Assembly (NCBI GenBank): GCA_903884455.1
Contig: CAISEW010000041.1
Location: 98,086 to 162,085 of the forward strand
Length of the DNA stretch: 64,000 bases
Direction of reading: 5' to 3'
From: an uncultured Chloroflexota bacterium
GTDB lineage: Bacteria > Chloroflexota > Dehalococcoidia > GIF9 > AB-539-J10
Part shown: positions 9,523 to 18,701 of the stretch, piece by piece
How the letters are laid out: each line of letters starts with the position of its first letter
How positions within the stretch are numbered: the stretch's first letter is position 1
Made by a program: the position numbers and the translations under genes
The notes under the pieces: model-generated
The model's input: the letters and a program-made list of their open reading frames with translations, nothing else
Databases searched by the model: none
Told to the model about the DNA's origin: nothing

Positions 9523-10974
9523 ATGAAGACTGCGAAAGAATACCTTGAGAGCATGAAGAAAATGCATTTTGAACTCTACATGTTTGGAGAGCGAGTTACC
9601 AATCATGCCGATAATCCTATTATCAAACCGACAAGGAATTGTATTGCTGCTACTTATGAACTTGCCGAAGAGTCCAAATTTCCCCAATTCCAGAAAGTTA
9701 TGACAGCCACCTCTCATCTAACAGGAAAGAAGATAAATCGCTTCTGTCACATTCATCAGAGTACCGAAGACCTGGTTAACAAGTCAAAAATGGGTAGAGG
9801 ATTGGGTGCTTATACGGGCTCTTGCTTTCAGCGTTGCGTTGAGATGGATGCCTTGAATGCTTTGTCGATGGTGACTTATGACATTGACCAGAAGTATGGG
9901 ACCGAATACAACAAGCGTTTCCTGAAATACCTGAGGTATGTACAGGATGAAGACCTGGTTTGTTGTGGTGCCATGACGGATGCTAAGGGCGATAGAAGTC
10001 TTCGTCCAGCCGAACAAGCCGATCCCGACCAATACCTTCACGTAGTGGAAGAGAAGTCTGATGGCATTGTAGTTCGTGGGAGCAAATTGCACCAGACAGG
10101 ATCTGTAAATTCGCATGAAATCATCTGCATGCCGACCAGGGCTATGCGGGAAGAAGATAAAGAGTATGCTATTTCTTTTGCCTTGCCCAGCGACACTGAA
10201 GGGATTATATACATCTATGGAAGACAGCCATGCGACACGAGAAAGATAGACAGCCCGAATATGGATGTCGGCAACATTCTTTACGGGGGACAGGAATGCA
10301 TGGTTGTTTTTAACGACGTGTTTGTTCCCTGGGACCGAGTCTTTATGTACAAGGAATATGACTTTGCCGGTGACCTGGTAGAGAAGTTTTCTGCTTATCA
10401 CCGCCAGAGTTATGCCTGCAAGTCAGGTATGGGCGATGTCTTGATTGGCGCCAGTCAATTAGTTGCTGAATATCAGGGCACTGCAAAAGCTTCCCATATT
10501 AAAGACAAAATCATTGACATGATTCAGCTCAATGAAACCCTGATGTCTTGCAGTCTTGCCTGTGCTTATGAAGGTCACAGAGAAGCTTCGGGGACCTACC
10601 TTGTAGATACCCTGAGAGCCAATGTATCTAAACTAAATGTGACGAAATTTCCTTATGACATAGCCAGACTGGCCCAGGACATCGCTGGCGGCTTAATAGT
10701 AACCATGCCTTCTGAAAAAGACCTTAAGCATCCCAAGATAGGCAAATATGTTGCTAAGTATCTGAAGGGTGTTGACGGTGTTGCGGTAGAAAATCGCGTT
10801 CGTGTACTACGACTGATTGAGAATCTCACGGTGGGTTTAGGAGCCGCGTGTTATTTGGCGGAATCGATGCATGGTGCCGGGTCACCTATGGCTCAAAGAA
10901 TTATGATTGGTAGACAGTCCAATATAGACAGAATGAAAAGCAGTGCCAAGAGGTTGTGTGGCATTGAATCCTAG
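9523..10974 (+). CDS. abfD: 4-hydroxybutyryl-CoA dehydratase / vinylacetyl-CoA isomerase (HpaB-like family)
   Basis: GSCFQRC Fe-S ligands, MTDAKGDRS, YHRQSY-x-CK, ESMHGAGSP. Confidence 0.85.
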   Translation: MKTAKEYLESMKKMHFELYMFGERVTNHADNPIIKPTRNCIAATYELAEESKFPQFQKVMTATSHLTGKKINRFCHIHQSTEDLVNKSKMGRGLGAYTGSCFQRCVEMDALNALSMVTYDIDQKYGTEYNKRFLKYLRYVQDEDLVCCGAMTDAKGDRSLRPAEQADPDQYLHVVEEKSDGIVVRGSKLHQTGSVNSHEIICMPTRAMREEDKEYAISFALPSDTEGIIYIYGRQPCDTRKIDSPNMDVGNILYGGQECMVVFNDVFVPWDRVFMYKEYDFAGDLVEKFSAYHRQSYACKSGMGDVLIGASQLVAEYQGTAKASHIKDKIIDMIQLNETLMSCSLACAYEGHREASGTYLVDTLRANVSKLNVTKFPYDIARLAQDIAGGLIVTMPSEKDLKHPKIGKYVAKYLKGVDGVAVENRVRVLRLIENLTVGLGAACYLAESMHGAGSPMAQRIMIGRQSNIDRMKSSAKRLCGIES

Positions 10975-11042
10975 TTACTGGTTTAAAGAGAAGCGACTTC
11001 TTAAACCGTTACAGAAACATCGTAGTCCGGGCTAAGGAAACT

Positions 11043-11999
11043 ATGAGTAGCAGCCCAACAGTCTTGATTAATACCAACTTACCTCTGCCTTTGTTTCGGC
11101 GGGGTAAGGTAAGAGACGTTTATGGTTTAGGTGATAAATTACTCATTGTGTCCACCGACCGCATCTCTGCCTTCGATGTTGTCTTGCCCTGCGGTATCCC
11201 TGGCAAAGGAAGAGTTCTTAACCAGCTTTCTGCCTTCTGGTTTGAGAAAACAGCCCATATCCTCCCCAATCATCTTATCAAGGTAATCGATAGCGTGGAT
11301 ATACTTCGGGATGTCATTGCGAGGGCTGAAAGCCCGAAGCAATCTCAATGGAAAAGAGATTCCTTGCTTACACTTGGAACAAGCCTCATCGGACGCTCTA
11401 TGCTTGTGGCCAAGGGCGAGCGCATACCTGTAGAATGCGTTGTTCGGGGCTATCTATCTGGCTCGGCATGGGTGGAGTATAAAGAGACTGGAAAAGTAGG
11501 CGATATCAGCTTGCCCCAGGGAATGACAGAGAGTCAGGAATTGTCCCAACCTATCTTTACCCCCACTACTAAGAGCGACACAGAGCATGACCGCCCTTTG
11601 ACCAATCAAGACATAAAAGGCCTGGGCATTGAAGGCCTTTTTGGGGAGTTGGAACAAAAAAGCCTGCTCATCTACTCCTATGCTCGGGATTACGCCAAAC
11701 GCCGGGGCATAATAATTGCCGATACTAAGTTCGAGTTTGGTTTTATCAATGGTAAATTAGCCCTTATCGATGAGCTACTAACGCCAGACTCAAGTCGCTT
11801 CTGGGATGCCAGCCAATATGAGGTTGGCCATTCGCAGCCCAGCTTCGATAAACAGCCAGTCCGTGATTGGCTATCAGATTCAGGATGGGATAAGGAACCG
11901 CCAGCGCCTATGTTGCCACCGGAGGTAATAGAGAGAACATCGAAAAGATATCGTGAGGTGTACAGCAAATTGACCGGTGGTGTTCTCAGAGGAAAATAA
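11043..11999 (+). CDS. purC: phosphoribosylaminoimidazole-succinocarboxamide synthase, with in-frame repeat-derived insert
   Basis: GKVRDVY, DRISAFD, ECVVRGY, ADTKFEFG, TPDSSRFW. Confidence 0.96.
   Translation: MSSSPTVLINTNLPLPLFRRGKVRDVYGLGDKLLIVSTDRISAFDVVLPCGIPGKGRVLNQLSAFWFEKTAHILPNHLIKVIDSVDILRDVIARAESPKQSQWKRDSLLTLGTSLIGRSMLVAKGERIPVECVVRGYLSGSAWVEYKETGKVGDISLPQGMTESQELSQPIFTPTTKSDTEHDRPLTNQDIKGLGIEGLFGELEQKSLLIYSYARDYAKRRGIIIADTKFEFGFINGKLALIDELLTPDSSRFWDASQYEVGHSQPSFDKQPVRDWLSDSGWDKEPPAPMLPPEVIERTSKRYREVYSKLTGGVLRGK
11312..11380. repeat. family A palindromic element, in-frame inside purC
   Basis: TGTCATTGCGAGGGCTGAAAGCCCGAAGCAATCTC...GAGATT encodes VIARAESPKQSQWKRDS. Confidence 0.85.
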
Positions 12000-12085
12000 G
12001 ATGGGGATTGTCCAGAGATGATTATTTCATTGCGGTTCGCTGTTGCCAGCCCCTTATTTTGCCTGTGGAGTGCTTTGTCGCGTTC

Positions 12086-13054
12086 CTATCCAGCCAGTAC
12101 CTTGACCAATTGTAGCAAGTTGCTGTCCAATTCCTTCCTCTTCTCCCAGGTTTCCCTTAGCGGAGTGAAGGCTATCTCCCCCTTCAGCTCTCCCACCATG
12201 TAACCTGCCATGCCATTAACCAGAGCATCCACAGCCGCTGCTCCTAACTTGCTGGCGAGTACTCTATCTCTGGCTGTAGGTGAGCCACCTCTTTGGACAT
12301 GTCCCAGCACACAAATTCGGTATTCTAGCTTTAATCTCTCCCATACTTGTTGAGCAATTGAAAAGGCACCGCCTGCCTCATCTCCTTCAGCCACTATCAC
12401 GATACAGGATTTTTTACCTCTCTTGAAGCTACGCTCTATATCAAGACAAAGCTGTTCTATTTTTGTCTCTACTTCCGGAATTAAGATATCTTCGGCTCCG
12501 CCAGCAATTCCTACCTCCAGTGCAATGAATCCTCTATTCCTTCCCATGACCTCGATGAAAAAGGGACGTGGTAGCGACTCCGCCGTATCTCTGATCTTAT
12601 CTATGGCGTCCAATGCTGTATTTATGGCAGTATCGAAGCCAACAGTATAGTCCGTGCCATAAACATCGTTATCTATGGTGCTGGGAATACTAATCACCTT
12701 TACATTTTTCGCTTCAGCCAGGGCTGTGGCACCGCGCAATGTGCCATCTCCGCCTATAGTTATCAATCCCTCGATGCCTTCCCGTTGGAGGATTTCATTT
12801 GCCTTCCTTATGCCTTCCCTGGTCTTCATTTCCTCACAGCGGGCTGTTTCCAGGATGGTGCCCCCGCGGTGGATAATGTTGGCTACCGACCTGTTGCCTA
12901 GCTTTATAAAGTCCTCTTCCAATATACCGCGGTATCCTTGGCGAATCCCTACGACCTCCAGCTTATGGCTAACCCCACAACGGACGACAGCCCTGATGCA
13001 GGCATTCATTCCTGGAGCGTCACCGCCGCTGGTTAACACGCCAATCTTTTTCAT
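12086..13054 (-). CDS. pfkA: ATP-dependent 6-phosphofructokinase
   Basis: TSGGDAPGMN, GGDG, TIDND, EVMGR, GHVQRGG. Confidence 0.96.
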   Translation of the reverse strand: MKKIGVLTSGGDAPGMNACIRAVVRCGVSHKLEVVGIRQGYRGILEEDFIKLGNRSVANIIHRGGTILETARCEEMKTREGIRKANEILQREGIEGLITIGGDGTLRGATALAEAKNVKVISIPSTIDNDVYGTDYTVGFDTAINTALDAIDKIRDTAESLPRPFFIEVMGRNRGFIALEVGIAGGAEDILIPEVETKIEQLCLDIERSFKRGKKSCIVIVAEGDEAGGAFSIAQQVWERLKLEYRICVLGHVQRGGSPTARDRVLASKLGAAAVDALVNGMAGYMVGELKGEIAFTPLRETWEKRKELDSNLLQLVKVLAG

Positions 13055-13110
13055 AATACTTTCCGATTTAGCTTCTATTCTACCATGAAATGCTTGGCTT
13101 CCTGGCTCCC

Positions 13111-13647
13111 TTAAACCTTGTAGCTATCTCGATAATACACCAGCAAGTAGAGCTCTCTGAGCAAGTCAGACTCGTTGTGCTTTATGATTTGCTGCAAATA
13201 GTTATTATCCTCTGTGTAAAGGAATCTTTGCCATAGCAAAGGGACATCTCTGCCGCTTATCACTGGCTCGTTAAAATAATGCTCCGCGTGCGAGAACAGC
13301 TCGTCCAACTTAGGCCACTTGAGGTAAAGTGCCTCGGCTTTTTCCTTCCAGGGCTGAAATAAGTCTATCCCTTCTATATCAATCCCTTTAGCTTGAAGAA
13401 ATCCTTTCTCGAAGGAGAGATTGTAGGCGTAAAATGGCTTGGGGAGCGTCGGAACGAGTTCCGCAAGCTGAGCGATAAACGGTGCTTCTTCTTCCGAATT
13501 CCGGCAAATTATCTCGAGACGGCTCCCTTGAATATAGCCAAAGAGCACTATCTCATCTTGGTCCACATCAAGGCCGGTGGTCTCCAGGTCAATCAAGGTT
13601 CCTTGTGGGATACCCAACATTAACTCTCGGCTGTATGAGGTAATCAT
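13111..13647 (-). CDS. RNase H-like / DEDD exonuclease (YprB/RNase_H_2-like)
   Basis: IDLETTGL, YAYN..FE, G.DVP.LW, HN.SDL. Confidence 0.75.
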   Translation of the reverse strand: MITSYSRELMLGIPQGTLIDLETTGLDVDQDEIVLFGYIQGSRLEIICRNSEEEAPFIAQLAELVPTLPKPFYAYNLSFEKGFLQAKGIDIEGIDLFQPWKEKAEALYLKWPKLDELFSHAEHYFNEPVISGRDVPLLWQRFLYTEDNNYLQQIIKHNESDLLRELYLLVYYRDSYKV

Positions 13648-13756
13648 GCCTGTATCTTCTTGTTTTTGCCATTATTATTATACAAGCCGGATTGCACCAA
13701 AGATAGCATATAGCTAACTGCATAAATCATTATAATTCTCTCTCCTATTATATATA

Positions 13757-13801
13757 ATCCTCCCCTAGAGGGAGGGGGAAAGCTCACTGAATTCACCCTC
13801 T
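13757..13801. repeat. palindromic repeat, family C (CCCTCTCCC/GGGAGAGGG-type), degenerate
   Basis: CCTCCCCTAGAGGGAGGGGG...TTCACCCTC resembles 27098-27180. Confidence 0.5.
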
Positions 13802-13842
13802 ATTTAAAAACGTAGTTGCCCAATTTATTGGGCGCACCCCTC

Positions 13843-13931
13843 TGTCATTGCGAGGAGCAGAGTGACGAAGCAATCTCGGTGGGGAGGCAATGAGATTGCC
13901 ACGCCCCGACAAGTCGGGGCTCGCAATGACA
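13843..13931. repeat. palindromic repeat element, family A
   Basis: TGTCATTGCGAG...GCAATCTC...GAGATTGC...GCCCCGACAAGTCGGGGC-TCGCAATGACA. Confidence 0.92.
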
Positions 13932-13966
13932 GTGTGGAGTTGTTAATCAAGCTGATGTTAATATAG

Positions 13967-14902
13967 GTGGTAAAAAATTTGAGTAATATGGACATTTGTG
14001 AGCAGTTAAGGACTAAGCTTACGGAAGCTGTGGAGAGGAACAGAGCCGATAGCATACTCCTATCAGGAGGGCTCGATACGAGCATTTTGGCTTTTGTAGC
14101 CAGGCCTAGCACAGGCTTCACAGTGGCGTTGAAAGACTCCCTGGCATCTGACCTTCTCTATTCAGAGAAGATTGCGAAACTCCTGGGGATACAGCATAAG
14201 AAAATGGAGTTCGCTACAGAAGAGGCACTTGCCACCCTTCCCGAGGTTATAGGAATACTGAAAACCTTTGACCTCGCCTTGCCCAACGACATTTCCATAT
14301 ATTTTGCCCTAAAGCTGGCTAGAGAAAGTGGAATCAGTTCTATCATGACGGGCGATGGAGCAGATGAGCTCTTCGCCGGCTATTCTTACATGGCAGAGCT
14401 CCCTCCCAAAGACCTGGGAAGATATATAAGAAGGCTCTCAGAAAACTGGCATTTCTCAGCCAATGAGCTTGGCAGGGCTTTGGGCGTTGAAATCAAACAG
14501 CCCTTCCTTGATAAGGATTTCGTTCGCTTTGCCCTGGAGATAAGCCCGGAGCTCAAGGTTAAAGACGGGGTAGGGAAGTATATCCTGAGAAAGAGCTTTG
14601 AGGACTTGATCCCGCCGGAGATAGTGTGGCGGAGAAAGGAGCCCATAGAGTATGGCTCAGGCTCCACCAAGCTGCACGAAATAATAAATAGTATGGTCAT
14701 GGACGAGGAATTCCAATCAGTAGCTAATAAAGTTGACATAAAGTTCATAAACAAAGAGCACTTCTTTTACTGGCGTATCTATAACGAGGTCGTGGGGGAA
14801 ATTCCCAAAGCCAAGGATGATGAAATTAGCTGTCCCTGCTGCGGAGCAGGCATGGGCACATATCACTGCCCCACCTGCGGCTTCTCCCGTCCCTTGTTAT
14901 GA
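13967..14902 (+). CDS. asparagine synthase C-terminal (PP-loop) domain protein with C-terminal Zn ribbon
   Basis: LSGGLDTS, TGDGADELFAGY, PFLD; no glutaminase domain; CPCC..CPTC tail. Confidence 0.8.
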   Translation: MVKNLSNMDICEQLRTKLTEAVERNRADSILLSGGLDTSILAFVARPSTGFTVALKDSLASDLLYSEKIAKLLGIQHKKMEFATEEALATLPEVIGILKTFDLALPNDISIYFALKLARESGISSIMTGDGADELFAGYSYMAELPPKDLGRYIRRLSENWHFSANELGRALGVEIKQPFLDKDFVRFALEISPELKVKDGVGKYILRKSFEDLIPPEIVWRRKEPIEYGSGSTKLHEIINSMVMDEEFQSVANKVDIKFINKEHFFYWRIYNEVVGEIPKAKDDEISCPCCGAGMGTYHCPTCGFSRPLL

Positions 14903-15024
14903 AGCTCCTTTACATCCTTCCCTTGCTGAGGTTATCATATGCCGTATTTGAACGGGCCTGGTCTCCGCCCTAGTATCCGATGAAGGACAGCAAAACTAAC
15001 TCAAGGATAAAAGGAGGGATTCAA

Positions 15025-15564
15025 ATGTTAAAGGGCAAGAGCGTTCTTCTACGGCAGGTAAAGAGATCGGATATCTCATATTTTCTGAAGTGGTTTAACG
15101 ACTCAGAGGTAATCCAGTATCTTTGTTTGTATCTGCCGATGACTGAAATGGCCGAGGAGAAATACATCGAGGAATTAGGCACCACGAGGGCGAAAAGCGA
15201 TGTTCGGTTTGTCATCGAAGTGGTTGAAGGTGCCTCAACTAAACCCATCGGCAACTGCGGGCTGCACGAGATTAACGCAAAAGACCACAGTGCCAATTTT
15301 GGGATTGTCATAGGCGAGAAGGATTACTGGAACAAAGGCTATGGCACGGAGGCTGCCCGCCTGCTAATCAACTATGGCTTCCAACAATTGAATCTACATC
15401 GCATCTCATCGGCTGCATTTGACTTCAATGAGCGCAGCATTAAGCTTCACAAGAAAGTCGGCTTTCGGGAAGAAGGCCGTCTGCGGGAAGCCATGTTCAA
15501 AAACGGGCAATACCATGATGAGGTGCAGTTCGGCATCCTAAGGGAGGAGTGGAGAGGATTGTGA
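15025..15564 (+). CDS. GNAT family N-acetyltransferase (RimJ/RimL-like)
   Basis: YWNKGYGTEA, N.RS..L..KVGF.EEG.LRE; AGGAGG RBS before ATG 15025. Confidence 0.88.
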   Translation: MLKGKSVLLRQVKRSDISYFLKWFNDSEVIQYLCLYLPMTEMAEEKYIEELGTTRAKSDVRFVIEVVEGASTKPIGNCGLHEINAKDHSANFGIVIGEKDYWNKGYGTEAARLLINYGFQQLNLHRISSAAFDFNERSIKLHKKVGFREEGRLREAMFKNGQYHDEVQFGILREEWRGL

Positions 15565-15581
15565 TGGGGAGAGGAATTATA

Positions 15582-16373
15582 TCAGCTCGTTCCGTGACTC
15601 CCGCCTGCCGTGATGAGGGTGGTAGGCAATTTATTAATGGGGTGGGGGTAAACACATACTTCGGCGCCGTAAACCTTCTTGATATTCGGCGCTGTGAGTA
15701 TGTCGAGTGGCGTGCCTTCAGCGTAAACTTTCCCTCCATTTAGCATGACCATCCAATCGCAGTATTGGGCAGCTAAGTTCAAATCATGTAAAGCGATAAT
15801 GACGGTCAAACTTTGCTCCAGGCAAAGGCTCTTGACCAGATTGAGAATCTCGACTTGATGGTTTATATCCAGATTGGCAGTTGGCTCGTCAAGGAGCATC
15901 GCCTTTGGCTGCTGGGTTAGTGCCCGGGCGATAATCAGCCTCTGTCTCTCTCCGCCCGAGAGCTCACTTACTCTGCGCTCGGCGAAGGATTGGGTATGCG
16001 TGGCCTCCATGGCTTGCCAGGCGATAGCCAGGTCCTTTCCTCCCTCGTAGCGAAGAAGCCCGAGGTGAGGCGTTCGTCCCATAAGCACCACTTCAAAAGC
16101 AGTGAAAGCCCCGGGCAAAGCCGGGCTTTGCGGCACCGTGGCAACAAGGCGAGCCAGTTCGTCTCGCTTAATAGTTCTTATATCACGGCTGTCAATTAAG
16201 ATACGCCCGGAGAACAGGTCAATCACCCGGGTCATTCCCTTGATTAATGTCGACTTCCCCGAGCCATTGGGGCCGACCAGCCCCAGTATTTGGCCGGGCC
16301 TGGCCTTCATACTTACATTATGCAAGATGGCTCGATGGTCATAGCCCAAGCTGACATTATCCAGTTCAATCAT
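15582..16373 (-). CDS. btuD: cobalamin/Fe-siderophore ABC transporter ATPase
   Basis: GPNGSGKS, LSGGERQR, LLDEPT; operon context. Confidence 0.8.
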   Translation of the reverse strand: MIELDNVSLGYDHRAILHNVSMKARPGQILGLVGPNGSGKSTLIKGMTRVIDLFSGRILIDSRDIRTIKRDELARLVATVPQSPALPGAFTAFEVVLMGRTPHLGLLRYEGGKDLAIAWQAMEATHTQSFAERRVSELSGGERQRLIIARALTQQPKAMLLDEPTANLDINHQVEILNLVKSLCLEQSLTVIIALHDLNLAAQYCDWMVMLNGGKVYAEGTPLDILTAPNIKKVYGAEVCVYPHPINKLPTTLITAGGSHGTS

Positions 16374-16387
16374 AGTGTCTTATCCTT

Positions 16388-17500
16388 TTAGAAGAAAGCG
16401 AGCCCTTTCCTTCTTCGCAATAGATAAAGGAAGAAAGGTGCTCCACAGAAAGCAGTAATTATTCCTACCGGAATCTCCGTAGGAGGCATTATGGTACGGG
16501 CTAAAGTATCGGCCAGGATGAGGAAGATGGCGCCAACCAGCGTGGATAGAGGGAGCAAAAACCGGTAGTCTGGCCCCCAAATAAGCCTCACTGCATGAGG
16601 GATGAGTATGCCGACGAAACCGATAAGGCCAGTGAAGCAAATCGCTGAGGAAGTAATAAGGGTGGCAGCTGCCAGTAATATGAGCTTGACCCTTTCCACA
16701 TTGATGCCCAGTTGTTGGGCCTGTTCTTCGTCTAGCTGCATTACATTGAGCGGTCGGGCATGAATCCAGATGACTACCAGGCCCGCTAATACACAAGGGA
16801 GGACCACCCACACCTCAGACCATTTAGTCAGGTAAAGTCCACCCAGCAGCCAGAATACAATCCCATGTAGTTCTTCACCGGAAACGGTCATGAGATAGGA
16901 AGTGATGGAGGATAGAAGAGCGCTTAGAGCTACTCCAGCCAGGATAAGCGTGGTGGCGGGCAGGGTTTTGCCGACACGAGCCAGCAAATAGACCACAGCC
17001 ACGGCGCCTATGGCACCAATGAAGGCAAATAATGGCACGGCCCCAAAAGCCATCCAGGCTAATGTGAAGGGAGTAAGCATGGCAATGGTCGCTCCCAGTC
17101 CCGCTCCTGAGGCCACACCCAGAAGATAAGGGTCAGCCAGAGGATTGCGAAACAGTCCTTGATAAGTAGCTCCGGCTACTGCCAGGGCCGCTCCTACTAA
17201 ACCTGCCAGAAGGATGCGTGGCAGACGGATATCCAGGATTATCGTTTTCAGAATTTCCAGGCTCACCGGTGCTCCGTAAATATCTGGGGAAGAAGGGGTA
17301 ATATGAACGAAGGGCAGTTGAGAGAGAAGGACTTGAAAAGTAGTGGTAAAGGGTATAGGAACACTTCCCAGAGTAGTGGCAAACACTACTACCACTACCA
17401 GCAATGCCGCAAGCCCCAATAAAGAGTAAACTCTGCTCTGCCAGCGAATGGCAAAAGGGATAACGGGCTCACTAAATACTTCAGCTACAGTACGTGCCAT
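16388..17500 (-). CDS. btuC: cobalamin/Fe-siderophore ABC transporter permease (FecCD family)
   Basis: IRLPR, FRNPLADPY, GFVGILIPH, EIPVG. Confidence 0.82.
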   Translation of the reverse strand: MARTVAEVFSEPVIPFAIRWQSRVYSLLGLAALLVVVVVFATTLGSVPIPFTTTFQVLLSQLPFVHITPSSPDIYGAPVSLEILKTIILDIRLPRILLAGLVGAALAVAGATYQGLFRNPLADPYLLGVASGAGLGATIAMLTPFTLAWMAFGAVPLFAFIGAIGAVAVVYLLARVGKTLPATTLILAGVALSALLSSITSYLMTVSGEELHGIVFWLLGGLYLTKWSEVWVVLPCVLAGLVVIWIHARPLNVMQLDEEQAQQLGINVERVKLILLAAATLITSSAICFTGLIGFVGILIPHAVRLIWGPDYRFLLPLSTLVGAIFLILADTLARTIMPPTEIPVGIITAFCGAPFFLYLLRRRKGLAFF

Positions 17501-17514
17501 CGTTAAAGCCTAGT

Positions 17515-18045
17515 TTAATATTCAATGCCTTCCCGGCCTTTTATTCCTTGACTATAAGGATGCTTCACTTCCCTTACTTCGCTGACCAAATCTGCCTTTT
17601 CTATAATCTTTTCTGTGACACCCCGACCGGTTAAGACAAGCTCTAACTTTTCTGGCTTTGCCTCCAGAAGAGAGAGAACCTCTTCTTCTTTCAGAAAGCC
17701 GTCGCGCACGGCAATGTTTATCTCATCCAGAACCAACATATCCCAGGACGGGTCCTGGAAAAGCTCCTTAATGAATTCCAGCCCTTTGGAGCATTCCTGG
17801 AAGACATCGTCAGGATTGAGTTCCTTGTAGAAGTGAGGATGTTTCTTAGCGAAAAGGAAAGTCTTTACCCCCAGCTTTTTCAGGGAGTTATATTCACCGT
17901 ACCCGAATGCCTCAGGGTCTTTAAAAAAAGAGACGAAGCCGACCTTGAAACCGTGCCCGGCAGCGCGAGCTGCCTGACCAATAGCGGCAGTGGACTTTCC
18001 TTTGCCGGCCCCGGTATAAACTTGAATTAAGCCTTTCTTTTTCAT
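17515..18045 (-). CDS. cobO: cob(I)alamin adenosyltransferase (CobA/BtuR type)
   Basis: YTGAGKGKSTAA, LVLDEI, LVLTGR, ADLVSE, KHPY, GIEY. Confidence 0.9.
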   Translation of the reverse strand: MKKKGLIQVYTGAGKGKSTAAIGQAARAAGHGFKVGFVSFFKDPEAFGYGEYNSLKKLGVKTFLFAKKHPHFYKELNPDDVFQECSKGLEFIKELFQDPSWDMLVLDEINIAVRDGFLKEEEVLSLLEAKPEKLELVLTGRGVTEKIIEKADLVSEVREVKHPYSQGIKGREGIEY

Positions 18046-18056
18046 CTTAGCTCCCT

Positions 18057-18701
18057 TTATTGTAACTCAGCCGAGATTTCCCAGAACCATACGTTATCTA
18101 TTTTTTTACTTTCGCCCTTGGTAACCTTGAGCGCTTTCCTGAAAATGGGCCCCTCGGTAACGAAGGTGTGATATTCGCCATTTTCACCGCAGGGATGGGA
18201 GCCAAGTTTGCTAATTTGCCTTACCAAAGCTTTGTCGAGAACTTTTCCCAGGAAGTTCTCCTCTAATCTGGTGGCGACTATTATGGCTTTGAATTTCAAT
18301 TTAAGGAATTCCTCGATTAGCTTCTCTGGCTTTGTCCCCCAGAGGGGCAAAAATGCCTTTATCCTGACCTCGCTACATACCCTCTCCACCCATTCCCGAT
18401 GCTCTTCTAAGTCAATATCGCCGAACACGCCCCCTTCGATACCCTTATTCTTGAGTTCCCCGACAGCCTTCTTAAAGTTCTCTTCATAATTTTCCCATGA
18501 TGTCTTCACCTGGATGAGAGGAATGCCGATAGCTTCTGCTTGTAAAGCTACAACACTGGCTTTAATCCCATGGGATCTCGACCTCTGGTCATCTTCGGAG
18601 ACAAAGTTGAGCAGATATAGGACTTCGTGCCCCTGGGAAATTGCCTTATACGTCGCCAGGGCACATTCCTTACCCCCGCTCCAGGATGAAAAAACCTTCA
18701 C
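18057..18701 (-). CDS. diphthine-ammonia ligase-like PP-loop ATP pyrophosphatase
   Basis: SWSGGKE, VFGDIDL, PLW, PCGENGEYHTFV. Confidence 0.85.
   Translation of the reverse strand: MKVFSSWSGGKECALATYKAISQGHEVLYLLNFVSEDDQRSRSHGIKASVVALQAEAIGIPLIQVKTSWENYEENFKKAVGELKNKGIEGGVFGDIDLEEHREWVERVCSEVRIKAFLPLWGTKPEKLIEEFLKLKFKAIIVATRLEENFLGKVLDKALVRQISKLGSHPCGENGEYHTFVTEGPIFRKALKVTKGESKKIDNVWFWEISAELQ

Noticed and set aside
13825..14121. 98-aa minus-strand ORF
   Set aside because: Antisense to the asparagine-synthase-like gene plus translation of the palindromic repeat.
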